From an uncultured Gammaproteobacteria bacterium (GTDB lineage Bacteria; Patescibacteriota; Patescibacteriia; UBA1558; S5-K13): a stretch of 64,000 bases of DNA. The stretch covers positions 177,302 to 241,301 of the forward strand of contig CAZXFD010000001.1 in the NCBI GenBank assembly GCA_964640635.1, written 5' to 3'. Under the pieces are notes generated by a model that saw only the letters and a program-made list of their open reading frames with translations, ran no database searches and was not told the origin of the DNA. Below, piece after piece: positions 9,740 through 19,793 of the stretch (its first letter is position 1; the number at the start of each line of letters is the position of its first letter). The translations under genes were made by a program, and so were the position numbers.

Positions 9740-10816
9740 ATGAATAATAAAAATCAGAATAAAAGATCTAGTGGATTAAGATTGCTTTTTTCGGGGGGTG
9801 GAACTCTTGGTCCAGTCACACCACTTGTAGCAATAATAGAAAAAATACAAAAAAGCAACGCATCAGATGAAATTTTTTGGATTTCAACCAAGGGTGGTAA
9901 AGAAAATATATTTCTCAAAGATTTGGGTATAAAAGTTTATTCAATGAGTGCTGCTAAGCTTAGAAGATACATGAGTTTTGAAAATTTTTTGGATATTTTT
10001 GTATTTATTAAATCTTTGTTTGTAAGTTTTTATTTAATTAAAAAAATACACCCCGATGTTATAATTAGTGCGGGAGGTTATGTGAGTGTCCCGCTTGTTA
10101 TTATCGGAAAATTATTGGGTAAGAAAATTTTTATTCATCAACAAGATATTCAAATAGGACTTGCAAATAAAATAATGAGTTATTTTGCAGATGTTATTAC
10201 AGTAAGTTTTCAGGAACAATTAGAATATTTTAAAAATAAGAATATTTATTTTACAGGTAATCCGTGTAGATTTACAAAGGAACAAATAGATAGTCTTGAT
10301 AAAAATTTTATAATTAAAAAATATAATTTAAAAAGCGAAAAGAGTATAGTATTAGTTTTGGGTGGTAGTTCTGGTGCCAACTCTTTAAATGAGGTAATAT
10401 ATAATTCTATTAATTTACTAGTTGATAAGTGTCAGGTAATACATATTACTGGATTTGACAAAGGAAGCCCACTTGAAAATGACGATTATTTACAAATGGA
10501 ATTTCTCAAAGACGAGGCAATAGAACTTATGTATGTGGCAGATATTGTTATATCTCGCGCAGGACTTGCAACACTTACTGAATTATCAGCACTTCAGAAA
10601 ACATCTATAATAATACCACTTCGTGGGCATCAAGAGTTTAATATGAAATATTTTTATGAAAAGAATGCAGTGGAGTCTGCAGATGAAAATAATTTAGTTG
10701 AAAAAATTTGTTTATTACTTGCAAATGAAAACAAAAGAACTATGTTGTCTGAAAATATAAGTAAAATTTTTCCACACGATAGTACGGAAAAAATAATTAA
10801 ATATATAATAGAATGA
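9740..10816 (+). CDS. murG: Undecaprenyl-PP-MurNAc-pentapeptide GlcNAc transferase MurG
   Basis: G-loop FSGGGTLGPVTP. ATG at 9740 chosen as MNNKNQ...; the longer track ORF overlaps the ftsW 3' end. Confidence 0.85.
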   Translation: MNNKNQNKRSSGLRLLFSGGGTLGPVTPLVAIIEKIQKSNASDEIFWISTKGGKENIFLKDLGIKVYSMSAAKLRRYMSFENFLDIFVFIKSLFVSFYLIKKIHPDVIISAGGYVSVPLVIIGKLLGKKIFIHQQDIQIGLANKIMSYFADVITVSFQEQLEYFKNKNIYFTGNPCRFTKEQIDSLDKNFIIKKYNLKSEKSIVLVLGGSSGANSLNEVIYNSINLLVDKCQVIHITGFDKGSPLENDDYLQMEFLKDEAIELMYVADIVISRAGLATLTELSALQKTSIIIPLRGHQEFNMKYFYEKNAVESADENNLVEKICLLLANENKRTMLSENISKIFPHDSTEKIIKYIIE

Positions 10817-12237
10817 AATTAGATAAATACGAAAAAGTATATTTTATAGGGATAGGTGGTATTGGTGTATCAGCCGTAGCGAACATGATGCTTTCTTTGA
10901 ATAAAGAAGTTTTTGGATCAGATGCATGTAAAAGTGATATAACACAAGATTTAGAAAAATTAACTTGTTCACCCACAGGTAGAAATATTAAAATTTTTTA
11001 TAATCATAATAAAGTAAATATTGATAAGGTTGATTTGGATAAAAAAGATTCTCTTGTTATTTATACTTCAGCAATTCCAGCAACAAATCCAGAGTTAAAA
11101 GAAATTAAAAAACGAAAAATAGATAGTTTTACATATTTTGAATTTTTAGGAGAGTTATCAAAAGATTATAAAACAATAGCGATAACAGGTACTCATGGTA
11201 AATCTACTACAACTACCCTTACTGCTTTATTTATGCTAAACGCAGGACTTGATCCAACTGTTTTTGTTGGGAGTAAAATTTTGTCACTAAACTCAAATTT
11301 TCATCTTGGCAAAACAGATTATCTTCTCGTAGAGGCATGTGAATATAATGCAAATATGTTACACCTTAATCCCTATATGATAGGACTAGTTTCTGTAGAT
11401 AGAGATCATTTAGATTATTATAAAAATCTTACAGATATCAAAAATACATTTCAAAAATTTATTAATAAATTAGAAGACAAATCTCAGCTTGTTTATAACT
11501 TAGATGATATAAATATAGAAAGTTTGGATATCGCTAAATCGGCTTTTTCCATAGGAATTTCAGAAAGTTCAAAATTGTATGTAAAGAATGTAAAAAAAAT
11601 AGAGCAAAAACAATTTTTTGATATTTATATAAAACAAGATAAGATAGATAAGAAAATTTGTAGAACAAGCACAGTATTACCCGGATATTATAATATTTAC
11701 AACATATTAATATCAGTTGGTATCGCTATAAAACTAGGGATAGGTTCAAAAATCATAAAAAATACTATAGAAAATTTTCAGGGACTTTGGAGGCGATTTG
11801 AATTTCTAGGACTATGGAAAACCAATATGATATTTTCTGATTATGCTCATCATCCGACAGCGATAAAAGCGCTTTTATATGGTGCAAGAGGATTTTTCAA
11901 AAATAAAAAAATAATAATAATATTTCAGCCACATCAAGAAGATAGGACTGAAAAATTGTTTGATGAGTTTTTGACTAGCTTTGAACTTGCTGATGAAATT
12001 ATTTTATATCCAACATATAAAGTTTCTGGTCGTAGAAGTAAGTCTAAGAAAAATACATATGAAATGTACAAGCAGATAAAGAAAAATTATTTGAAAGAGG
12101 ATCAAAATATTTATTATTCTAAAGATTTTGAATCTTTAGAAAAAGAATTGAAAAAATATAAAAATTCAGTTGTATTAACGGTGGGGGCTGGGGATATAGA
12201 TAATTTCCCAAGACATTTTTTAAAACTAGACAAATAA
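10813..12237 (+). CDS. murC: UDP-N-acetylmuramate--L-alanine ligase MurC
   Basis: GIGGIGVSAVA plus P-loop ITGTHGKSTTTT. Confidence 0.9.
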   Translation: MKLDKYEKVYFIGIGGIGVSAVANMMLSLNKEVFGSDACKSDITQDLEKLTCSPTGRNIKIFYNHNKVNIDKVDLDKKDSLVIYTSAIPATNPELKEIKKRKIDSFTYFEFLGELSKDYKTIAITGTHGKSTTTTLTALFMLNAGLDPTVFVGSKILSLNSNFHLGKTDYLLVEACEYNANMLHLNPYMIGLVSVDRDHLDYYKNLTDIKNTFQKFINKLEDKSQLVYNLDDINIESLDIAKSAFSIGISESSKLYVKNVKKIEQKQFFDIYIKQDKIDKKICRTSTVLPGYYNIYNILISVGIAIKLGIGSKIIKNTIENFQGLWRRFEFLGLWKTNMIFSDYAHHPTAIKALLYGARGFFKNKKIIIIFQPHQEDRTEKLFDEFLTSFELADEIILYPTYKVSGRRSKSKKNTYEMYKQIKKNYLKEDQNIYYSKDFESLEKELKKYKNSVVLTVGAGDIDNFPRHFLKLDK

Positions 12238-12239
12238 TT

Positions 12240-13184
12240 ATGGATGAATTTATAATAAAATTTCCAAGTATTAAACAAAATATAGGCTTAGTTAATTTTA
12301 CCACTTTTAATATTGGTGGAAATGCAAAATATTTTTTAGAGGCAGGTGATATAGAAGAAATTACAAATGTCATCAAATTTTGCAGTGATAATAATATAAG
12401 ATTTAGAGTTTTGGGTTGGGGCAGTAATGTGCTTGTAGGTGACAATGGTTTTGATGGACTTATTATAAGGCTAAAAAATGATTTAATAGAATTTTCTCGC
12501 GGATATTTAGATGTTGGCGCAGGAGTTAGTTTGGTAAAGTTTTTGAATTTTACATTAAAAAATGGGTTTACTGGGAATGAATTTTTAGCAGGCATTCCAG
12601 GCACAATAGGTGGTGCAATATATGGAAATGCAGGAAGTTACGGTGTAGATATTTCTAGTATAATAGAGTCTGTCAAGGTAATAACTGAAAATGGATCTAT
12701 TGAAGAAGTTTCTAAAATAGGCTGTAATTTTTCATATCGTGATAGTATATTTAAAACGCTCAATGTAATTATTGCTAGTGCTAAGATAAAAATTATTCAA
12801 GGTGATATCGAGGAGTCAAAGAGAATAGTTCAGGCAAGAATATTAGAGAGAGCAGGAAAACATCCAAGTGAATTTGCCAATGCAGGAAGCTATTTTAAAA
12901 ATATTTTTATGACAGAAGAAATAGAAGAAAAGTTGGATCAATTTTTAGATATTTCGCCTTTTTTAGAATCAAAAAAAATTCCAGCAGGATTTTTGATAGA
13001 ATCACTGGGATTAAAAGGATTTTGTGTTGGTGATGCATGTGTATCAGAGCGTCACGGTAATTTTATTGTGAATAAAGGATCTGCTATGGCAAAAGATATT
13101 CTTGAACTTGCAAGTATTATAAAAAAACAGGTTTTGGAGAAATATAGCATAGAATTGGAAGAAGAAGTGCAATACATAAGTTAA
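12240..13184 (+). CDS. murB: UDP-N-acetylenolpyruvoylglucosamine reductase MurB
   Basis: Short MurB-like FAD-binding protein that follows murC. Confidence 0.8.
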   Translation: MDEFIIKFPSIKQNIGLVNFTTFNIGGNAKYFLEAGDIEEITNVIKFCSDNNIRFRVLGWGSNVLVGDNGFDGLIIRLKNDLIEFSRGYLDVGAGVSLVKFLNFTLKNGFTGNEFLAGIPGTIGGAIYGNAGSYGVDISSIIESVKVITENGSIEEVSKIGCNFSYRDSIFKTLNVIIASAKIKIIQGDIEESKRIVQARILERAGKHPSEFANAGSYFKNIFMTEEIEEKLDQFLDISPFLESKKIPAGFLIESLGLKGFCVGDACVSERHGNFIVNKGSAMAKDILELASIIKKQVLEKYSIELEEEVQYIS

Positions 13185-13340
13185 AAATTTTAAAGTATGA
13201 AGTATGAAGTTTGGAATATGAAATTTTAGTTTTTAGAGTATACTCGAATACTGAAATTAATTAGTCTTCGAGTGAAACCATGAGTTCGTCGAATGGTGGA
13301 GTCGAGAAGTTTAAGAATTCACGTTAAGTGGATTTTTTTA

Positions 13341-13372
13341 ATGAAAAAAGGACTCCGAGGAGTCCAAAATTT
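13341..13372 (-). terminator. Intrinsic terminator oriented for the minus strand, about 300 bp beyond the prs terminator
   Basis: Hairpin GGACTCC-ga-GGAGTCC. The minus-strand read is followed by TTTTTTCAT. Confidence 0.5.
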
Positions 13373-13651
13373 ACTTACTAAATATCAACAAACATTATAT
13401 AAAACTTTAACCTTGTTATAAGGCTTTGTTTAATTTGGTTATCAAATATATATTGCCAAAGTTTTAGTACAAGTTCATTGTTAATGTTTTTTTGTTTCTA
13501 AGTCTTCATAATTCTTCCTTTTGACCGATGGTCAATACCCTGTTTTTTTGCATTATTGCATTTGGTATAAATACCTACCATGGGTTGACTAGACTTATTG
13601 CTTCATAATTCCTCCTAAATCGTATTCTATAATTACATTAACTCATTTTTA

Positions 13652-13692
13652 TAAAAAAGGCAAGAAAAAAGGCCTCATTGATTTGGAGGCCT
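13652..13692 (-). terminator. Intrinsic terminator of prs
   Basis: Hairpin AGGCCTC-attgatttg-GAGGCCT. The minus-strand read is followed by TTTTTTCTTGCCTTTTTT. Confidence 0.7.
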
Positions 13693-13708
13693 AGGATTTA
13701 TAGTTTGG

Positions 13709-14752
13709 TTAGAATTTCATAAAAAGCTCACTAAGAGATTTTTCTAAGTGAATTCTTAAGATGCATTCTGCTAAAAATTCTGCTGGATCTAGGACGGTTA
13801 TTTTTTTAGGTAACCTATTTTCAAATGGTATCGTATCAACAAATATAACTTCGTCTGCACAGGATTTTTCAATATTCTGCATTGCTTCTGGCGTTAAGTC
13901 TGGATGTACTGCTGCAATAGTTATTGATTTTGCACCATGCATTTTGAGTATTTCAAGAGCCGCCATGATAGTAGAAAAAGATTGAATCATATCGTCAAAA
14001 ATCCAAACATTTTTATCTTTTACATCTCCAAGTACACGACTTCTTGTGGTATCTATGCATTTTTTTTCATGATCCTGAATCTTTTGGACTAGACATATAT
14101 CTTTAATGCCAGTTATTTTTGATATGGCTTCAATTCTTTTGGCAGATCCAATATCGGGACTACACAACACAACATCGTTAGGGTTCCTTTTTTGTAATTC
14201 TTTGATGAGAAGAGCCATTAAATAAACTCTATCATTGACCTTGAAAAAGTCAGCGGTTGCAGAATTATGGATATCACATAGTAGTACACGACTGGTTCCC
14301 GACTGATTTACTCTATTTGCAGCAACTTTTAGACTTCTGGATTCTCTTGGTATTGTTTTCCTATCTTGTTTAGTAAAACAAAACCAAGGGAAAACACCAG
14401 TGATTCTTTCAGCAGAATCTCTAATACAGTCTACTAGTAATTCATATTCTTCTAGTAGACTATAGTTATTTTTGTAATGCACACTTTGTATGATAAAGAC
14501 ATCACAACCTCTTACATTCTTAAGGGCTCGGGCATAGGGTTCTCCATTTTTAAATCTTTGTATGAATGTTGGTACGAGTTCAACTTTGTAATTAACCTTT
14601 TTAGATAATTCAAGAGCTATTCTTTCCGCAAGGGCAAGATGACCAGTACCACTGATTAGTCTAATTTTTTTACAATATGGTTTTTCTAAGTTAAGAAAAT
14701 CCAATATTTTCATAGCGAGTTTTTTTAGCAAGCTCTTAAAGTGTTTCAGCAT
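13709..14752 (-). CDS. prs: Ribose-phosphate pyrophosphokinase (PRPP synthetase)
   Basis: Motifs KIRLISGTGH..LAERIA and RFKNGEPYARALKNVRGCDVFIIQS. Start set at the ATG preceded by a GGAGGAT Shine-Dalgarno, not at the longer upstream ATG. Confidence 0.85.
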   Translation of the reverse strand: MLKHFKSLLKKLAMKILDFLNLEKPYCKKIRLISGTGHLALAERIALELSKKVNYKVELVPTFIQRFKNGEPYARALKNVRGCDVFIIQSVHYKNNYSLLEEYELLVDCIRDSAERITGVFPWFCFTKQDRKTIPRESRSLKVAANRVNQSGTSRVLLCDIHNSATADFFKVNDRVYLMALLIKELQKRNPNDVVLCSPDIGSAKRIEAISKITGIKDICLVQKIQDHEKKCIDTTRSRVLGDVKDKNVWIFDDMIQSFSTIMAALEILKMHGAKSITIAAVHPDLTPEAMQNIEKSCADEVIFVDTIPFENRLPKKITVLDPAEFLAECILRIHLEKSLSELFMKF

Positions 14753-14934
14753 TTTATCCTCCCAAGATAATGTAGTTTTATACAACTATTCTATCTAATA
14801 GCTTTTATTTGTCAACCGGTTATATAACTGATTTATTAGAGATGGTATGAATAGGTCATATAAATTGGTAACCTTGCCGATAAAGGGTATATTTGATAAG
14901 ATAAAATAAGCAATTAATTAATAACAAAAAACAA

Positions 14935-15228
14935 ATGAACATTCAATTTTATGCCAAAAATGTGGAGTTAACAGAACAAATTAAGGATTATGTCAATGAT
15001 AAAATTGGTGGACTTTCAAAATATGATTCAGGGATAATGGAGGCAAATGTAGATATTTCAAAAGATACTCATCATCAAAAAGGATGTGTATATAGATTTG
15101 AAGTAAATATGAAATCTAATAGAAATAAAAATCTTTTACGAGCCGAAGCTAATGGAGAAACTATTATGGAGGCTGTTGATTTGGTAAAAGATAAATTGCA
15201 TAGACAGATAATTAAGACAAAGAAATAA
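14935..15228 (+). CDS. hpf: Ribosome hibernation promoting factor (short HPF/RaiA/YfiA form)
   Basis: MNIQFYAKNVELTEQIKDYVNDKIGGLSKY... is the typical sigma-54 modulation protein / S30EA fold sequence. Confidence 0.85.
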   Translation: MNIQFYAKNVELTEQIKDYVNDKIGGLSKYDSGIMEANVDISKDTHHQKGCVYRFEVNMKSNRNKNLLRAEANGETIMEAVDLVKDKLHRQIIKTKK

Positions 15229-15399
15229 ATTTAATTTAATAAATAAATTCGAAATAAGAATATCTAAATACTAAACAAATTTGAAATAAGAAATATTAAA
15301 TTAAGCAAACAGTATTTGAGTAATTTGTTTGTGATTTATTGTTTGATGTTTATTATTTGTTTATAATTTAGAATTTAGACTTTAGAATTTTTGAACATT

Positions 15400-18174
15400 A
15401 TGTCGCTATTAACAAAAATATTCGGTGATCCTAACAAAAAATATATAGACTCACTACTTCCTATCATTGAGAAAATAAATTCTCTTGAATCTGAGGTAGA
15501 AAAATTGTCTCAAGAAGAGCTTCGTGCTAAAACAAAGCAGTTTCAAACAGATCTAAAAGACAAAAAAACAACACTAGACGATATACTGCCATATGCATTT
15601 GCTATGACTAGAGAATCAGCAAAAAGAACTCTTAATCAGCGTCATTATGATGTTCAGCTTATTTCAGGAATTGTACTTCATCAAGGAAGAATTGCTGAAA
15701 TGAAAACAGGAGAAGGAAAAACACTTGCTTCAACGTGTCCTATATATCTCAATGCTCTTACGGGTCGTGGAGTTCAACTTATTACTGTAAATGATTATTT
15801 ATCAAAAAGAGATTGTGTTTGGATGGGACAAGTTTATCATTATTTAGGGCTTAGTGTTGCATCTATTGAGCACGAGACTTCATATATATATGATGAAAAT
15901 TTTGTAGATGCAAAAGACAAATCAGAAGATAAAAGTATTAAAGTGGTAGATGATTATCTTCGTCCAGTTACAAGACGTGAGGCATATCAAGCAGATGTTG
16001 TCTATGGAACTAATAATGAATTTGGTTTTGATTATCTACGAGATAATATGCAAACTGACAAAAATGAAATATGTCAGCGAGATTTTTATTATTGTATTAT
16101 TGATGAGGTTGATAGTGTACTTATTGATGAAGCTCGTACCCCACTTATTATAAGCTCTCCAGATGTTGAATCGACTGACAAATATAGAGAATTTTCTTTT
16201 GTTGTAGATGATCTTATAGAAAGTAAGCACTACAATATTGATGAAAAAATGAAATCAGTAACCTTTACAGAAGAAGGTCAAAATTATATAGCACAAAAAT
16301 TAAATGATGATCCATGGGCAAGAGCAGATTTTACAACAGTATTTCATTTGGAAGCGTCTCTTAAGGCAAAATTATTATTTAAGCGAGATAAGGATTATAT
16401 AGTCAAAGATGGTGAAATTTTAATCGTAGATGAGTTTACTGGACGTTTGATGCCTGGTCGTCGTTATTCTGAGGGAATTCACCAGGCGCTTGAGGCAAAA
16501 GAAGGAGTAAAAGTTCAAAGAGAGAGCTTAACCTTAGCAACGGTCACTTTTCAGAATTATTTTAGAATGTATGAAAAATTGTCTGGCATGACAGGAACTG
16601 CTCTTACAGAAGCAGAGGAGTTTGCAAAAATTTATAGTCTTGAAGTTGCCTCTATCCCTACAAACAAGCCCGTAGCTCGTCTTGATCTTAATGATAGAAT
16701 TTACAAAACAGAAATTGCAAAGTTTAATGCTATTGTAAAAGAAGTAAAAGAAAGAAATAAAAAAGGACAGCCAGTTTTGATAGGTACAATTTCAATAGAG
16801 CGAAATGAAATCATAGGAGATTTACTTAAGCGTGAAGGAGTTCCATATAAGCTTCTAAATGCAAAACAACATGAAAAAGAAGCTGAAATTATTTCTCAAG
16901 CAGGAAGACTTGGCGCAGTAACAGTTGCCACAAATATGGCTGGTCGTGGAGTAGATATTATTTTGGGTGGAAATCCATATAACAGTGAAGAAGCAGAAAA
17001 GGTAAAAAAATTAGGAGGTTTGCTAGTGCTTGGTACTGAGCGTCACGAATCTCGTCGTATTGATAATCAGCTTAGAGGTCGTGCAGGAAGACAAGGTGAT
17101 CCAGGAGCATCTCAGTTTTATGTTTCAATGGAAGACGATTTGATGCGTGTATTTGGTTCTGATCGTATGAAATCTATTATGAATACACTTGGTATTCCAG
17201 ATGAAATGCCTATTGAAAATAGAATGATATCAAGTTCAATAGAAAAGGCTCAGGTCAGAGTAGAAGGATATAACTTTGACATTAGAAAACATTTAGTTGA
17301 ATATGATGATGTTATAAACAAACAAAGAGAAATAATTTACAAAAAAAGAAGAGAAATTCTTGATTTATCAACTGGGTTGAAGATGGAAGAATATAAAAAC
17401 TTAGGTGATTATATCAAATCTATGATAAGTGAAGAAATTTCACAAATCATTTCTTTTCACACATCACTTGAGATAAATAATGTTTGGAATATAAATGAAA
17501 TAATAGAAAGCATAAAAACAATATTCCCACTAAGCGATGAAGAAGTAGAAAAAATTAGAAAGATGAATCCATTTGAGAGTCAGGAAAAGTCAAATCATGA
17601 TGAAGCGAGAGTTGCGATGACTAGCTATATTAATAATCTTTTGGAAGAAAAGTATAATTTATTAAGATCAAATATAAATAATTTGAGTAAACAAGAAATT
17701 GAAGATGGTTTTTCTCAAATAGAAAAAGGAATATTACTTCGATCTATTGATAATCTGTGGATAGATCATTTGGATAATATTTCTCATCTTAGAACTGGCA
17801 TTGGTCTTCGTGGATACGCACAAGCTGATCCTTTAGTTGAATACAAAAGAGAGTCCTATGATTTGTTTGTAGAGCTTTTAGCATCCTTAAATAAGCAAGT
17901 TGTCTATAGTATTTTCAAGGTAGGACCAGTAACGGGTATGCTTAGAGAAGAAAAGAAAACCATCAAACTAAATGACCCAAGTGAAAACCTAAACAAACAA
18001 TTTGAGCTTGGTGATGAAAGTAGAAAAGAAATTCACAACAAAACAACACTAAAAAACGAAGAAGTAAAGAAATATGGGACAAAGGTGGGTAGAAATGATG
18101 ATTGCCCATGTGGAGCGAAGAAGGCTGATGGAAGTCCAGTTAAATACAAGAATTGTTGTGGTAAGAATGAGTAA
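15400..18174 (+). CDS. secA: Preprotein translocase ATPase SecA
   Basis: MSLLTKIFGDPNKK N-terminus, DEAD-like motor motifs, and the C-terminal SEC-C zinc motif CPCGAKK...KYKNCCGKNE. Confidence 0.95.
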   Translation: MSLLTKIFGDPNKKYIDSLLPIIEKINSLESEVEKLSQEELRAKTKQFQTDLKDKKTTLDDILPYAFAMTRESAKRTLNQRHYDVQLISGIVLHQGRIAEMKTGEGKTLASTCPIYLNALTGRGVQLITVNDYLSKRDCVWMGQVYHYLGLSVASIEHETSYIYDENFVDAKDKSEDKSIKVVDDYLRPVTRREAYQADVVYGTNNEFGFDYLRDNMQTDKNEICQRDFYYCIIDEVDSVLIDEARTPLIISSPDVESTDKYREFSFVVDDLIESKHYNIDEKMKSVTFTEEGQNYIAQKLNDDPWARADFTTVFHLEASLKAKLLFKRDKDYIVKDGEILIVDEFTGRLMPGRRYSEGIHQALEAKEGVKVQRESLTLATVTFQNYFRMYEKLSGMTGTALTEAEEFAKIYSLEVASIPTNKPVARLDLNDRIYKTEIAKFNAIVKEVKERNKKGQPVLIGTISIERNEIIGDLLKREGVPYKLLNAKQHEKEAEIISQAGRLGAVTVATNMAGRGVDIILGGNPYNSEEAEKVKKLGGLLVLGTERHESRRIDNQLRGRAGRQGDPGASQFYVSMEDDLMRVFGSDRMKSIMNTLGIPDEMPIENRMISSSIEKAQVRVEGYNFDIRKHLVEYDDVINKQREIIYKKRREILDLSTGLKMEEYKNLGDYIKSMISEEISQIISFHTSLEINNVWNINEIIESIKTIFPLSDEEVEKIRKMNPFESQEKSNHDEARVAMTSYINNLLEEKYNLLRSNINNLSKQEIEDGFSQIEKGILLRSIDNLWIDHLDNISHLRTGIGLRGYAQADPLVEYKRESYDLFVELLASLNKQVVYSIFKVGPVTGMLREEKKTIKLNDPSENLNKQFELGDESRKEIHNKTTLKNEEVKKYGTKVGRNDDCPCGAKKADGSPVKYKNCCGKNE

Positions 18175-18283
18175 TAATATTTATAATAATGAGTGACATC
18201 TCGCCAAGGGTGGGTTGGTAAAAGAAATCAGTTATTTTTAAAAGAAATAATTTCAAGAATTTTGTTATTATAATTTAAAATTC

Positions 18284-18490
18284 ATGCTTAAACTAGGAAA
18301 ATACAAACATTATAAGGGTAATGTTTATGAAGTAATTGGTATTGCAAAACATAGTGAAACTCAGGAAGAATTTGTTGTTTATCGCGCGCTTTATGGAAAT
18401 AATGACTTGTGGATTAGGCCACGAGAAATGTTTGAAAGTGATGTTGAGATAAATGGTCAAAAAGTTAAAAGATTTGAAATAATATTATGA
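18284..18490 (+). CDS. DUF1653 domain protein
   Basis: YKHYKGNVYEV...HSETQEEFVVYRALYGNNDLWIRP matches the DUF1653 signature. Confidence 0.6.
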   Translation: MLKLGKYKHYKGNVYEVIGIAKHSETQEEFVVYRALYGNNDLWIRPREMFESDVEINGQKVKRFEIIL

Positions 18491-18939
18491 AACAAAAAGA
18501 TTTATATCAAATATCGCTAAAACTTATCTTAAAAAATGATAAGGGAGAAGTTTTAATACTTAATGCAATTCGCGGCGGTACTTTTGAAGGGTTTTATGAT
18601 TTACCAGGTGGAAGAATAGATGTTGATGAGTTTAGGATTGATTTTGAAGATATTTTAAAAAGAGAAATAAACGAAGAACTCGGGGAAATAAAAGTTGATA
18701 TTTCATCCATTCCTATTTCAATAGGACGTCACTTGATTCCAGCTAGTTTATCAAGTACGGGTAGTGAAATGCATGTGCTTTATCTGTTTTTTGAAGGATG
18801 TTATTTGAGTGGGGATATTAAAATAAGCGAAGAACACCTTGGATATAAATGGGTAAATTTAAAAGAAATTGTGTTGGATGAATATTTTAATTCGGGAATC
18901 TTAGAGGGTATGAAAAGATATGTTAATACAATAAAATAA
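18487..18939 (+). CDS. NUDIX hydrolase
   Basis: Nudix box GGRIDVDEFRIDFEDILKREINEELGEI (G-x5-E-x7-REuxEExGu). Confidence 0.7.
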   Translation: MKQKDLYQISLKLILKNDKGEVLILNAIRGGTFEGFYDLPGGRIDVDEFRIDFEDILKREINEELGEIKVDISSIPISIGRHLIPASLSSTGSEMHVLYLFFEGCYLSGDIKISEEHLGYKWVNLKEIVLDEYFNSGILEGMKRYVNTIK

Positions 18940-18943
18940 TATT

Positions 18944-19756
18944 ATGAGCTTTGAAACCCCAGATATACAACAAGAAGTTAAAAAAAATAGAGAGAATTCA
19001 TCTGAAAAATTTAAATCTATTTATCGTGGTATTTGGGCAGATGAATTAGAAGATAAACAACAATTGCCAATGGGAGGTTCTTTGTTTAGTAAAGAATTGA
19101 CTACAAAATTGGAATTAGATTTTTCAAGTTTTGATTACGAGCTTAGCGGTTTTACAGAAGAAAATCTGAAAAAAATATATAAACAAAGCGAAGATAGTGT
19201 AAAGGAATGGCTTCGCAAAATAAACTCTAACATAGACCCATATTTATTTTTTTTGTTATTTCAGGCTCAGAAAAAGGTTCATAAACTTTTAGAAATAAAC
19301 CTAGAAACTCCAACAAATTCATTTGAAAGAAGAAAAATGTATCAAAATAATAATATTCCAAAATTATCTCAATTAAAGGGCAAGAGTGAATGTGTAGAAA
19401 GAGCTGTTTTGGGTCAATATATACTTCAAAAATCTGGAATAAAATCGTCTTATGTAAGTGGAATTACAATGAACAATCCTAAGGATGATGATGAATATCC
19501 AGAAGATCATAGTTTTATAGTTTTGAGTGATCCAACAAACAAAGCAAAAACTTTGATATTTGATATTGCAAGACCAAAGTCTGGAGCAGAAATTCCAAGA
19601 TTGTTAGAAACAGATGCCCCACTTACTTATGATTTATTAAAAGACAAGGAAGATCTTCTTGTGGGTGCAACAGAGGTTTTACAGAGAGGGAGACTTTGGT
19701 TTGGTGTTGGAGATCCAACAGCGGGATATCATGAAATAATAGAAAAACCAAATTAA
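18944..19756 (+). CDS. Hypothetical protein with a possible transglutaminase-like cysteine-peptidase core (Cys-His-Asp)
   Basis: GKSECVERAVLGQYILQKSGIKSSYVSG, then EDHSFIVL, then LIFDIARP. The order resembles the transglutaminase-like Cys/His/Asp core. Not verified. Confidence 0.35.
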   Translation: MSFETPDIQQEVKKNRENSSEKFKSIYRGIWADELEDKQQLPMGGSLFSKELTTKLELDFSSFDYELSGFTEENLKKIYKQSEDSVKEWLRKINSNIDPYLFFLLFQAQKKVHKLLEINLETPTNSFERRKMYQNNNIPKLSQLKGKSECVERAVLGQYILQKSGIKSSYVSGITMNNPKDDDEYPEDHSFIVLSDPTNKAKTLIFDIARPKSGAEIPRLLETDAPLTYDLLKDKEDLLVGATEVLQRGRLWFGVGDPTAGYHEIIEKPN

Positions 19757-19793
19757 TTTAATAAAGATTCAAAATCAATAAATAGTAAATCAA

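Noticed and set aside
13280-13320. tmRNA/tRNA-like 3' end (TGGTGGAGTCGAG ... GTTCGTCGAATGG)
   Set aside because: Neither strand gives a T-arm GTTCGAaTCC plus a 7-bp acceptor stem plus CCA. It is only a superficial resemblance.
15229-15390. Direct repeats AAATT(C/T)GAAATAAGAA upstream of secA as a regulatory repeat array
   Set aside because: There are only two short AT-rich copies, which is compatible with chance in about 30% GC DNA. No partner motif is present. Noted only as promoter-region low complexity.
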